Shown here one piece after another: positions 36,060-48,744 of a DNA stretch of 64,000 bases. The position numbers and the translations under genes are program-made. The stretch is from the NCBI GenBank assembly GCA_030390025.1, contig JASTWF010000033.1:2668001-2732000 (forward strand). Direction: 5' to 3'. The stretch is from Squalus acanthias (taxonomy: Eukaryota). How positions within the stretch are numbered: position 1 is the stretch's first letter; each line of letters begins with the position of its first letter. The notes under the pieces are model-generated. The model ran no database searches, was not told the origin of the DNA, and saw nothing but the letters and a program-made list of their open reading frames with translations.

Positions 36060-38531
36060 TTTCAAATAAAACTGTTGGACTATAACCTGGTGTTGTGCGA
36101 CCTCTCAACTAAGGTTGAAGGCCATGGAATTGAAGGCGAATTATTGACCTGTTTCGGAAATTGGCTGAGCGCCAGGAGACAGAGATTGGGGGTAATGGGC
36201 CGTTCATCTAATTGGCAGGATGTAACTAGTGATGTCCCGCAGGGATCTGTGTTGTGGCTTAAACTATAGACTAATTATCAAAGACTCAGACGATGAGATG
36301 GAATGCCACATATCCTAATTTGCTGCTGAAACAGAAAGAGACGGCATTTTAGGCATTGCAGGTGAAAGCATAACATTACAGAGAGATATTGATAGATTAA
36401 GTGCATGGCAAAACTGTGGCAAATGTATTTCAATGTCAGCAAAAGTGAGGTCATCCACTGTGGACCTGAAAAGGATAGAACAGGGTACTTTCTAAATGGC
36501 GAAAAGCGAAAAACAGAGCAGGTCCAAAGTAAGTTGGGGCTCCAGAGACATAGATCATTAAATTGCTATAAACAGTTACAAAAAAACTAATCAGAAATGC
36601 GAATGGAATGCTGGTCTTTATATCTCGAGCAATAGAATACAAGGGGGGAGAAGTAATGCTACAGCTATAAACAGCCCTGGTTAGACCACACCTGCAGTAC
36701 TGTGAGCAGTTCTGGGCACCACACCTTAGGAAGGATATATTGACATTGGTGGGAGGGCAGCGTATATTTACAAGCTTGATAACCAGACACCAGGGGTTAA
36801 ATTACGAGGAGAGATTACACAGGCTAGGGTTTTATTCCCTGAAGTTTAGAAGGTTAAAGGTTGATTTCATCGAAGTTTTCAAGATAATAAGGCGAACAAA
36901 TATTGTAGGTAGGTTTGGGGAGTCCAGGTCCAGGTGCATGGTCTGAAAATTAGAGCCAGAAATTTCAGCAGTGAACTTAGGAAACTCCTCTACACACAAA
37001 GTGTGGTAGTAGATTGGAACTCCTCGCAAATGGCAATTCATACTAGATAAATGGTTAATTTTAAATCTGACATTGATAGATTTTTGTTAACCAAAGTTAT
37101 TAAGGGATATGGGCCAACGGCGGGTATATGGAGTTAGGTCGTAGATCAGCCATGATCTCATTGAACGGTGGAACAGGCTCTAGGGGTAAATGGCCTACTC
37201 CTGTTCCTCTGTTCCGAAGATATTACGGACTATATTTTTAAATAGATTTTAATTGTGTTTAGTTTAACATATAGATTAAGGAAATGGAAGATTCACCGAA
37301 AGGGACTCAGGATCTGACAGGGACATAAACATGAGGAGGATGTCCAACAATTAAAGCTCACCCAATCTGGCGACTCCATAATAACACGATTAAATTATAT
37401 TTTCTATTTATACTTGTACTGGACGTTTCCGAGAGCTCTCTCCGTTGAATCATTCATTCCACGGCATTTCGCTACCCTCCTCAATTGCCCTATCTATCAC
37501 TCTTCTCTCAAACTTTCTTTACTCGTTTTGGTCCCTTTCCCAATGTCCATTTTCACATCCGAATCGATTCCAACATCCGGTAGCTGCCACACTTCACCAT
37601 CCCGTGTTCCTATTCTCAGCCTTAATTTGTTAAACCGCAATATATCTGTGGAAGGCTTTATTCTTTCTACAGATCATCCAATCTCCACCTGTTCCCCCGC
37701 ACGGTTCACGTCATCTGCCATGCATGGAACACAGATAATAGAATGTTTATTTCAGCAAACCTCACGATAATTGAAATTTCTTGGCTTTAATTATAAAGTG
37801 CTGCGTTAGGTGGCGGGTTTTTTCAATTAATAAAACGCCAACATCACCGCTGCTCCTTTTAATCTTCAGATCAATAGAAGTGCTCCTGATTGCAACAGGT
37901 ACAGTGCAAACTGATATAACAGAACCTCAAAACATGTCATTTTTACAATGAATTCCAGTGACAGTCAGTGAATCCATCCACACTGAAGCAGAGAAGGAGA
38001 TGTGAAAGAGTCAGCAACAGACTCAGTTCAGTTGACACACCTCTGAAGCGGCGTCTGATAAAGATACAGTGAAATAATGTTTCATAACAATGATAACCAA
38101 TACATGCATTGGAATCCTAGTAAACTGAACTATGTTATTGGTGAGGGTGAACATTACGCTGCCACCTTGTAATGCAGAGCTCGTAAAGTATTTCATTAGT
38201 CATCAATGCAAACACATTTATGAAATAATATTCCAGATTATTTCCACAAAATGAAATTGATTACAGGCTCTTAGCCCATATACCTGATTCCAACACATCC
38301 CATACAGATATATTCCAGGAGCAATGCCCGGGTTGCATAAACAAAGCCCATTACAGTTATAATTCAGCTCGTACAAGAACGAAAGAGCAAATACTGAATG
38401 CAATCCATGATTCAACCGATAGAACAAAACAGGCGGCTGTGCAAAATCTGTTAGGAGAAACATATATTTGCCAGGCACAGCAGCACAGTTAACACAGATT
38501 TACACCATTAATAGCTGAGATAAATGCTTAC

Positions 38532-38601
38532 CAGGAGCTCCAAATGCTGAAAGAAGAGGATAGTATATCTATTCTACCTGATAGGTTAATGGATATCCCA
38601 T
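38532..38601 (-). pseudogene. GPCR exon 1 with premature stop (MGYPLTYQVE*IYYPLLSAFGAP); no matching exon 2 seen
   Basis: ATG at 38601, TAG at 38571-38569, donor GTAAG at 38531-38527. The paralogous intron continues to about 37420. Confidence 0.88.
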
Positions 38602-38755
38602 TTCCGTGAGAAGCAGCGACTTCTGTTGGAGTAGAACCCACAGCTCCGGCAGTCACTCGGAGCTGATCCATTCCAATGGGTACTGATTTATACAGGGGAT
38701 AAATCTCCACTGACACGGTTATACCCCTGATCATTGCTTTTAGTTACAGTCACTT
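38602..38755 (-). promoter_or_regulatory. Conserved GPCR proximal promoter/5' UTR with TATA box
   Basis: TATAAAT at 38692-38686 (minus). The block is closely similar to 61080-61232. Confidence 0.65.
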
Positions 38756-39249
38756 GAACAAACACATTACATCAGCAGCTTTGACTCTGATGTAAAAAAT
38801 GTGGTGAATAGAACACAAACATCTCAAAGTCCAGGACATCATCTTAATCAGACCTCTCCCGAGAATAAATCTGCAATTTATGCTCATACAGGACTGATCC
38901 AATAATAAGCGGCTTCAGTTACAGTTTTCATGTAATTGTACTGACCATGCTCACTCCTGTCGATTCATTGATAAATGTTGCCGGTGATTTCTAAGCAGTG
39001 TGCATCGTCGAACTCAGGGGCACAAGCCGAAACGTTTCACTCCCTGCAGGTCCACAGTTATAATATGAATAATGAGTCTCTGACGTGAGGATAGTCAAAT
39101 GATACGTTCAGGATTGCAGCCTACAAATGTTGCCGCTTGAAAGTATACTGGATGAAATTAGGGGATGGATGCTGAGAGTGCCCCATTACCATACCTCTCT
39201 CCGCTATTCTCCTGCAGATCTTATTCCTTTTTTTCTAAGTTGGTCCATC

Positions 39250-41340
39250 ATAAGAACATAAGAACATCAAAGTTAGCAGCAGGAGTAGAACATACGGTCC
39301 CTCCAGCTTGATCATCCATTCAATCAGATCATGACTGATCTTCTACATCAACTCCACTTTCCTGCTCTATCCCCATATCCCTTGATTCACTTAGTGCCCA
39401 GAGAACTATCGAGCTCAGTCTTTAATACACTCAAAGACTGAGCATCAACAACCCAATAAAATGAAAACTGTGTATCCCTGAGCTGAGATAATGACCCACA
39501 TTGATCTCGATTAAAATGCAGATGCTTTTCTCATCCACCTCAGCCCGTTGCCATTGGATACCTCACCAATGCCTCTCTCATCTCCAATGTCAAGTCCCCC
39601 AATAACCTCAACGCAGCCATTCTTCCTCCATCCTCCTTCATTGCAACTCATCCAAAACTCTGCTATCTGTCTTTAGCCGGCACCAAATCCGGCGAGACCA
39701 TCCCCCTAGACTTGTCTCACAGTCCTCCAATGCCTAAATGTAATATTCTCATCCTTTGGTTTCAGTCCCTCCCTGGCCTCAACCCTCCCCATTTTACCGC
39801 ACTTCTCAAATCTGCTATAAACCCACCCGTGAGCTCGGCATACAGCTGACAATGGCCTCTCTCGGGGATACTGCCCTCACTTGGTTCCAGTCTTACCTAT
39901 CACGTCATAGCCAGAGCATCTGTAGCAAAGGATTCTAGTCCTAGCCCCGCACCGTGATCTTTGGAGAAACTGAACATTCGACACTTGCCTATCCTCCTCT
40001 TCATAAGCTGCATGCTGCCATTAGACAACATCATCGGCAGGAATGGGGGCAGCTTCCTTTGGCGATATCTTCCGCAGATATGCTATCAGCGTTTTCCTGT
40101 GTGCTAACAACACCCAGCTCACGCTCTCTCGACCCTCCACTACCTCTGTGTTGTTTGCCTGCATGTGCAACCATCTGTTTGGTTAAGCCTCAAATTCCTC
40201 CAATTAAACAGGGGGAAGTACGAAGCCGTAATCTTTCTATCCGCTACAATCTCCATACTCCTGTCTCGGATTCCATTCCCCTCCCTGGCAGTTGTCTCAG
40301 GCTGAATGTGACTTTTCGCAACCTCTGAGCAGTATTCAACAATAAACTGGGCTTCCGGCCCCAAACCTCTCCAACACAAAAGACGCCAACTCCCGCCACT
40401 ATAACATTGTTGGGCTCTGCCCCTGCCTCCGTCTATCTGGCACTAAAACCCTCAATCTAGCGATTGTCACTTCCAGACTTTCCGCCCTCTCCTGCAATCC
40501 GTGGCCTCTTCATTCCACTGACACTGACCTCTTTTCTTGAGACTTCACTTGATTGCTTCCATTTTTACCTGCCTGATCTAAGCCAGACAATCTCCAGCAA
40601 TGGCTTCGCTTCAGGCTCCAGCATCGTTATTTTTGATGAATCCCCACGATCTATCTTTGTTCCTTCTTTTTCCTCATTTACATGCTTCCATTTGGCGATG
40701 TCATCCACAGATATGAAATCAGCTTTTTAATGTATGCAGACAACATCGGCTTTCCCGTTACATCATCTATTTGGGTCACTCATTCCACTGTTGCTCTGTT
40801 GCCAGACTAGTTGTTCAACATCCTGATTCTGACTCATTAGCATTGTCCGCCTATACCCTCCCTCAAATCATCAACTCATGAAACGTGCTTCTGTCACATC
40901 CAGAAGACTGTCCAATTTGCACCTGGCAGACCTTCCATTCTCCACCGTCCTTAAACTTCAGTTCATCCAAAACATTGCAGCCCGTAACCCATCCCACACT
41001 AAGTTTCTCCACCAACCACCCTCTCCTTGCTGACCTAAATTGGATTTAGATCCTACGCTTTACTTACTTCTTCCGCAAGTTTTTCCTTCATTACCTACCC
41101 TTTCCCTATCTTTGTCACCTCCCTCAGCCCTACAATCAGTCTCCCGAATGTTCGTTTTCTCGCCAATCCCATTTTCCCCAGAATTTTGTGCAGTGCCTTT
41201 AGCCATTTAGCCGTCATGCAACAGAATTCGCTCCTCCAGCCCTCTCCGCCTTTAAGCCCGTCCAAAAACCCGACCTTTTGAACTGGGTTTATGGGAGTCC
41301 AACTTCGTCCCACCTATGTTCCACCCTTCGAGAAAGCACG
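39250..41340. mobile_element. CR1 3' tail (39250-39450, minus) followed by degraded L2-type fragments (plus)
   Basis: CATAAGAACATAAGAAC tail. L2-like TALTWFQSYLS in ORF 39756..39938. Confidence 0.6.
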
Positions 41341-41639
41341 AGACACTTGAGTTTATGAATATTTTACAATGAATAATAAACAAGCTTCAAAACCTGTTTT
41401 TTGATGTATTATTTTAGGATCCTCCAAAACGCTTTTACTATTACACATATTGTTTATAATTTTAATTTCAATTTTAGGGTTTCAGCCTGAATTTGGAATT
41501 TCCATTCTTATATCACTCTCTACATTTTCTACTTGAATTTCCAGCCCTTCTATTCCGGTTCCAGAAATGTCGCATTATCCCCTCAGGGAATTACTTCAGA
41601 CCCTATTGTGTAGTGTAATTGTCCTGTTTCTGCCTTATA

Positions 41640-42250
41640 GGATCGTAAGAATTAGGAGCAGGGATATGCGATACAACCCGTCGAGATTTCTCCGCCATTC
41701 ATTAACATCATGTCTGATCTTCGGCTTCAACACCATTTTCCCGCCCGTTCCCGACATTCCTTGATTCCCCTAGAGTCCAAAGAAATATCTATCTCAGCCT
41801 TCAATATATTCAACAACTGAGAATCCTCTGCACTCTGGGGTAGGGAATTCCAATGAGTCACAACCCTCTGAGTGAATAAATTCCTCCTCATCTCAATCTT
41901 AAATGACCGACCGCTTATCCTGAGAATATGCACCGAGGTCTATACTTTCCAGCCAGGGGAAACAACCTCCCAACACTTATCCTGTCAATCCCCCTCAGAA
42001 TCTTAAATGATTCAATGAGATAACCTCTAACTTTTCTAAACTCGAGGGAGAAACGGCTCAATCTATTCCATTACTTCTCATTGGACAATCGTCTTGTCCC
42101 AGGAATCATTGTAGTGAACCAATGTCAGGCTACCTGGCATATAGTACCCTGTTTTTTCTCTCCCTCCTTTGTGGAATAGAGGGGTTACATTTGCTACCTT
42201 CCAAACCGTTGGGAATTTTGGCTGATCACAACCAATGCACCGACTATCTC
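41640..42250 (-). mobile_element. CR1 3' fragment
   Basis: ORF 41727..41933(-) contains RRNLFTQRVVTHWNSLPQ. Confidence 0.8.
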
Positions 42251-43046
42251 TTCAGCCAACGTCACATACATGTGACCCACGTGACGTCACACAAATATGG
42301 TCGACATGCCGTCATACAAACATGGCCGCCTTGTACTTATCTTAGCCCTGCGGTGAATGAAGCCAAAATCTTTTCCCACGTCGCAGGAACCGCGATTATC
42401 CGATTGTCAACATGTGCCCGGGGTTCGGGGTCACGGGCCTGCTCCAGCCGCGCGCTCAGTTTTTTACCTCCAGGGCTGCACAGTCGATTGCGATGTCCTG
42501 AGGTGGCGAAGGACCCTCAATAATTGAAAGTATCCCTTTTCTGTTCGAATAAAACTTTTGTTTCCGCAGCTGAGATAGTGGAGGAAGAACATGATCCAGC
42601 CACAGTCAGCAAATGTTTTTCCTTGAACATTTATTCGTAATTCTTCAGCATGCAGTTTTTTTTTGTTGGTATGCTGAAAATGAAGCAGAGCCGTGGCCAG
42701 AAATTAGTTATCCGTCAATTGACCATACATGGACCAGAGAGCCAGATCACAGGTTTAACATCATCAACCACATGGGCTGAATAGAATCACTGTTAAAAAT
42801 AACTACTTTGCACAACAAGTAAAAACAACATGTAACATGCTGCTTCAGGTTGTTCAGTAAGGTTGGTGCAACGTGCTGTTAGCAGTCAACCTCATTCCTC
42901 TTCTGGTTCACCACAACCCGTTTCGAGTAAGCAGGAAACTATCCGTAGTTTTGTATAACGAATAGACTTTATTGATACACAGTACAAGTGATCAGCCTAA
43001 ATGTGTACTGAGAGTGGGGTTTTGGTATAGGTATCCTTCGAGCCCT

Positions 43047-45776
43047 CTGCAGTAAGGCTGACAGCATTGCTCCTCTATACACCATGTTCTGCAGTAATGC
43101 TGACAGCCTTGCTCCTCTATACAGCATGTTCTACAGTAATGCTGACAGCCTTGCTCCTCTATACACCATGTTCTGCAGTAATGCTGACAGCCTTGCTCCT
43201 CTGTACACCATGTTCTGCAGTTATGCTGACAGCCTTGCTCCTTTATACACCATGTTCTGCAGTAATGCTGACAGCCTTGCTCTTTTATACACCATGTTCT
43301 GCAGTAATGCTGACAGCCTTGCTCCTCTATACACCATGTTCTGCAGTAATGCTGACAGCCTTGCTCCTTTATACACCATGTTCTGCAGTAATGCTGACAG
43401 CCTTGCTCTTTTATACACCATGTTCTGCAGTAATGCTGACAGCCTTGCTCCTTTATACAACATGTTCTGCAGTAATGCTGACAGCCTTGCTCCTCTATAC
43501 ACCATGTTCTGCAGTAATGCTGACAGCCTTGCTCCTCTATACACCATGTTCTGCAGTAATGCTGACAGCCTTGCTCCTCTATACACCATGTTCTGCAGTA
43601 ATGCTGACAGCCTTGCTCCTCTATACACCATGTTCTGCAGTAATGCTGACAGCCTTGCTCCTGTATACACCATGTTCTGCAGTAATGCTGACAGCCTTGC
43701 TCCTTTATACACCATGTTCTGCAGTAATGCTGACAGACTTGCTCCTGTATACACCATGTTCTGCAGTAATGCTGACAGCCTTGCTCCTTTATACACCATG
43801 TTCTGCAGTAACGCTGACAGCCTTGCTCCTTTATACACCATGTTCTGCAGTAATGCTGACAGCCTTGCTCCTTTATACTCCATGTTCTGCAGTAATGCTG
43901 ACAGACTTGCTCCTTTATACACCATGTTCTGTAGTAATGCTGACAGCCTTGCTCCTTTATACACCATGTTCTGCAGTAATGCTGACAGCCTTGCTCCTTT
44001 ATACACCATGTTCTGCAGTAACGCTGACAGCCTTGCTCCTCTATATACCATGTTCTGCAGTAATGCTGACAGCCTTGCTCCTCTATACACCATGTTCTGC
44101 AGTAATGCTGACAGCCTTGCTCCTTTATAAACCATGTTCTGCAGTAATGCTGACAGCCTTGCTCCTCTATACACCATGTTCTGCAGTAATGCTGACAGCC
44201 TTGCTCCTCTATACACCATGTTCTGCAGTAATGCTGACAGCCTTGCTCCTCTATACACCATGTTCTGCAGTAATGCTGACAGCCTTGCTCCTTTATACAC
44301 CATGTTCTGCAGTAATGCTGACAGCCTTGCTCCTTTATACACCATGTTCTGCAGTAATGCTGCCAGCCTTGCTCCTCTATACAACATGTTCTGCAGTAAT
44401 GCTGACAGCCTTGCTCCTCTATACACCATGTTCTGCAGTAATGCTGACAGCCTTGCTCCTCTATACACCATGTTCTGCAGTAATGCTGACAGCCTTGCTC
44501 CTTTATACACCATGTTCTGCAGTAATGCTGACAGCCTTGCTCCTCTATACACCATGTTCTGCAGTAATGCTGACAGCCTTGCTCCTTTATACACCATGTT
44601 CTGCAGTAATGCTGACAGCCTTGCTCCTCTATACACCATGTTCTGCAGTAATGCTGACAGCCTTGCTCCTCTATACAACATGTTCTGCAGTAATGCTGAC
44701 AGCCTTGCTCCTTTATACACCATGTTCTGCAGTAATGCTGACAGTCTTGCTCCTCTATACACCATGTTCTGCAGTAATGCTGACAGCCTTGCTCCTCTAT
44801 ACACCATGTTCTGCAGTAATGCTGACAGCCTTGCTCCTGTATACACCATGTTCTGCAGTAATGCTGACAGCCTTGCTCCTCTATACACCATGTTCTGCAG
44901 TAATGCTGACAGACTTGCTCCTTTATACACCATGTTCTGCAGTAATGCTGACAGCCTTGCTCCTCTATACAACATGTTCTGCAGTAATGCTGACAGCCTT
45001 GCTCCTCTATACACCATGTTCTGCAGTAATGCTGACAGCCTTGCTCCTTTATACACCATGTTCTGCAGTAACGCTGACAGCCTTGCTCCTGTATACACCA
45101 TGTTCTGCAGTAATGCTGACAGCCTTGCTCCTCTATACACCATGTTCTGCAGTAACGCTGACAGCCTTGCTCCTTTATACACCATGTTCTGCAGTAATGC
45201 TGACAGCCTTGCTCCTTTATACACCATGTTCTGCAGTAATGCTGACAGCCTTGCTCCTTTATACACCATGTTCTGCAGTAATGCTGACAGCCTTGCTCCT
45301 CTATACACCATGTTCTGCAGTAATGCTGACAGCCTTGCTCCTCTATACACCATGTTCTGCAGTAATGCTGACAGCCTTGCTCCTTTATACACCATGTTCT
45401 GCAGTAATGCTGACAGCCTTGCTCCTGTATACACCATGTTCTGCAGTAATGCTGACAGCCTTGCTCCTCTATACACCATGTTCTGCAGTAATGCTGACAG
45501 TCTTGCTCCTTTATACACCATGTTCTGCAGTAATGCTGACAGTCTTGCTCCTCTATACACCATGTTCTGCAGTAATGCTGACAGCCTTGCTCCTCTATAC
45601 ACCATGTTCTGCAGTAACGCTGACAGCCTTGCTCCTCTATACACCATGTTCTGCAGTAATGCTGACAGCCTTGCTCCTCTATACACCATGTTCTGCAGTA
45701 ATGCTGACAGCCTTGCTCGTCTATACACCATGTTCTGCAGTAATGCTGACAGCCTTGCTCCTTTATACACCATGTT
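43047..45776. repeat. 42-bp tandem array, 65 copies
   Basis: Unit CTGCAGTAATGCTGACAGCCTTGCTCCTCTATACACCATGTT. 2730 bp = 65 x 42, with substitutions only. Confidence 0.98.
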
Positions 45777-46371
45777 ATGCCTACGTCAACGGTACATGTC
45801 ATAGACAAAACTGTATGACGCACCTACTCCCAAATCCTGTGCAGACAGTCCAGTCATGTAAACGCTTGTAGTTGTTTACCCGAAAGCTACTAAGCATAAA
45901 CAAGGTTTCCTGATCCAACAGTTACTAACATCACTCAAGAATAACCTTTATTTACCTTTATCTTAACAGCTAATAGATTCCTCCTACGCATGTTTTATTA
46001 TCCTCGTCCCTAAATTTATATTTTAAACAATCAAGGGTGACGTCATTACTGTCGTGCATGTCTTTGCACAACACTCAGATCAAGCTATGCCTTCCTCTCA
46101 CGACGCTTCAAAGTCATCCTGTTTATATTGGAAAGCCTGTGCTGCAACATACAAAGATGTTCGACAGCCGTCCCATAATTCCCCAAGATGTCCAGCATGT
46201 ACTGTCAAAATTTTCAACATCAGGTAAAACGACAACAACTTTCTGTCAATTCTATGTAATTCTGTGTAAATGCAGAAAGTTCACTGGCAAAATAAATTGA
46301 TAAATAAGAGCAGGCATTCATCTGACAGATCAGGGAGGAGAGTGTACGGCCTACATTGATTTCTATACATT

Positions 46372-46640
46372 TCAGCCGTGTCTCAGTGGGTGGCACGCTC
46401 GCCTCTGAGTCCGAAGGTTGTGGGTTCAAGTCCCACTCCAAAAACTTGAGCAAAATATCTAGACTGACACTCCAGTACAGAACTGAGGGAGTGCTGCACT
46501 AACGGAGGTGCCAACTTTCGAATGAGACTTTAAACTGAGGCCCGGTCTGCTCTCTCAGGTGGACATAAAATATCACATGGCTCTATTTCGAAGAAGAGCA
46601 TGGCAGTTATCCGGGTATACTGCCCGATATTTGTCCCTGA
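46372..46640 (+). mobile_element. tRNA-derived SINE (SacSINE1/DeuSINE-like)
   Basis: A-box-like TGTCTCAGTGG at about 46379 and B box GGTTCAAGTCC at 46423-46433, followed by a non-tRNA body (GAGGGAGTGCTGCACT...CTCTCAGGTGGAC...CTATTTCGAAGAAGAGCA). Confidence 0.8.
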
Positions 46641-46644
46641 ATCT

Positions 46645-47440
46645 GGTCTTGCTCCTGACATGCACTTCTACACTCCTTTTTGAAACAGGATTGGTCCCCT
46701 GGCTTGGTGGTAATTCCGGATATGGCGGGCCATGAGGTTACAGATTGTCGTGGAATACAGTTCCGCTGCTGCTGATGGCCCACAGCGCTTCATGCATGAC
46801 CAGTTTTGAGCTGCTAGATCTGTTCTGAATCTATCCCGATTGGCACGGTGTTAGTGCCACACAACATGATGGAAGTTTCCTCAGTGTGAAGACGGGACTT
46901 CGTCTCCGCAATGACTGTGCGGTGGCCACTGCTATCAATGCTGTCATGCACTGATGCATCTGTGACAGGTACATTGGTGAGGACGAGGTCAAGTAGGTTT
47001 TTCCCACGTGTTGGTTCTCTCACCACCTGTCGCAGGCCCAGACTGGCAGCTATGTCCTTCTGGACTCGGCCAGCTCGGTCAGTAGTGGTGGTACGGAGTC
47101 ACTCTTGGTGATGGACATTGAATTTCCCTACCCAGAGTACATTCTGTGCCTTGACTACTCTTAGTGTTTCTTCCAATGGTATTAAACATGGAGGAGTACT
47201 GTTTCATCTGCTGAGGGAGGGCAGTAAGTGTTAATGAGCTGGAGGTTTCCTTGCCCATTCTTGACCTGAAGCCATGAGTCAATGTTGAGGAGTACCAGGG
47301 CCACTCCTTCCCGACTGTATACCACTGTGCCGAAACCCCTGGAGGGACTGTCCTGCCGGTGCGACAATATATACCCAGGGATGTTGACAGAGGAATTTGG
47401 GATTTTGGGTGAAAGGCATGATTCTGTGAGTATCACACTC
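46645..47440 (-). mobile_element. LINE AP-endonuclease fragment (family different from the CR1 copies above)
   Basis: ILTESCLS...IPGYILSHRQD and VREPTRGKNLLDLVLTN...SGHRTV in ORFs 47182..47436 and 46814..47026. Confidence 0.75.
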
Positions 47441-48698
47441 CAGGGCGAAAATGGGCTAGTGGGAATCCCAACTCGGAAGATATTGTACCAGGATGTGCAT
47501 CACGAGGTGGTGACGGTCATTTTGAATCTGACTGAAGTGGGACTACTGAACTGGTGCAAACCAGAAACAGTGTGGTTGCATTGGAGGATGATGCTGGAAT
47601 TAATGGAAGGATTTTGGGAAAGAGCTAGCACAACACTTGCGGAATCTGAATTCGAGCCAAAATATCGCAAGGGCTTAGGTCTTTTTTTACGGGTTTAAAG
47701 GGGACCATATCAGAAAGCGACGGGGTCTGATAAATGATGCAGTCACTGTTTTTAATAACGGCAAATCTCTCGTTAATAGTCTGGATTTGGCTAATTTGGA
47801 TCAATCCGTAAAGCAATTAGAAATCGGATAAAGGAAATTCTGAATAAAATGAATGATCTGGAACAAGCGCAGTTGAAGTAGGAGAACATTATCACCATTC
47901 ATCTGCAGGACGTGGTTAGACATTTAAAATTCCAATGTTAAAAACGATAAACCAAATTTTAAAGGAGGATCTGAATGCCTCAATTGAGGCTGCGCAAAAT
48001 GAAGTTTGTGTAATGTATGGACTTGGTTAGTGAAACATGCCCTTGAACACCTGCAGAGCATTGCAGAGGGGAAAATCCCTTATGGGTGAATGATCGACTC
48101 CTGAGGACAATGTCCACTTATCAATTTACTATAACTATGTGCCAATTCAGGGAGTTAGTAGAGGTGTACCCTGTAAAACACGAATGTAAATTACAGGAAC
48201 AGAATGACATCACCTTATGAAGGATGGTATTGTATTATCCCATCCTGCACGAAAAGGCGACCCCAAGTACTCTATTCCGCGTGGAGAATATAGCAGTACA
48301 TCAGAGAATCCTCTTAATACGGTATGACGGACCACCGCATTATGTGACCCGGGTGGATGGGACCACATGCTATTCCACCTCTACCAGAACACCTGGTAGA
48401 GTTAATGGAACGAGTTAATCACTCTCAAAAGCACTTTTAATGCTTGGCGCAGAAAAAACGGAACCTGTGCAAAGAAATATATACGATTGGGGATGATTCG
48501 TCTTGTTGGGAAATCGGTATAAATATTGAGGTTAATCCCTGGATAAGAATTAGCTCCCATGTTTTAGTCATTGTTCAATCGGTGATTGTGTTATAATTAC
48601 TGATAATAACTTATCGAGACAATAGGCGCGGCAAGCAGCAAGCATTTCTGAAGCTGTTGCAGAAGACCCGGAAAGAAGTCGACGAAGACAAAGTTTAA
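47440..48698 (+). pseudogene. Decayed envelope (class I fusion glycoprotein) gene of an endogenous retro-type element
   Basis: Across frameshifts: ILYQDVHHEVVTVILNLT; furin site RKRR (47712-47723) then GLINDAVTVFNNGKSLVNSLDLANLDQSVKQL; heptad-like RIKEILNKMNDLEQAQL; EVCVMYG; VLYYPIL...LFRVENI; TM anchor PWIRISSHVLVIVQSVIVL*LLII; charged tail ending at TAA 48696-48698. Confidence 0.72.
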
Positions 48699-48744
48699 GT
48701 GCCTGTGACCTTAAATTCAGGTACAAACAGTTGAGGGTGGGCTT

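Larger units (their letters stand above)
34619..36106 (+). mobile_element. 5'-truncated Penelope-like element with an inverted pseudo-LTR
   Basis: The frame is open from 34851 to 35687: IPYGQALRIHRICS...PCHGKLCKTC...NVVYLIRCRKECTVAWYIGET (RT thumb, Cys linker, GIY-YIG nuclease). 190-bp inverted repeats at 34664-34853 and 35919-36108. TSD AACTAAGGTTGAAG at 34605-34618 and 36107-36120. Confidence 0.93.
33940..37215 (+). mobile_element. Degraded CR1 ORF2/3' end hosting the Penelope insertion
   Basis: DKSPGPDG, GRSCLTKL, MDFQKA and VPQGSVL motifs; CR1 3' end GATCAGCCATGATCTCATTGAA...GGCCTACTCCTGTTCC near 37145-37215. Confidence 0.85.

Noticed and set aside
42992..45871. Long ORFs of 850-943 aa, including a Cys-rich (WCIEEQGCQHYCRT)n frame
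   Set aside because: Several frames on both strands are open simply because the 42-bp unit is a multiple of 3 and lacks stops. There is no unique domain or signal peptide, and the monomer resembles CR1 DNA.
46372..46440. tRNA gene
   Set aside because: The A/B boxes run directly into a SINE body, and the acceptor stem and A box are degenerate.
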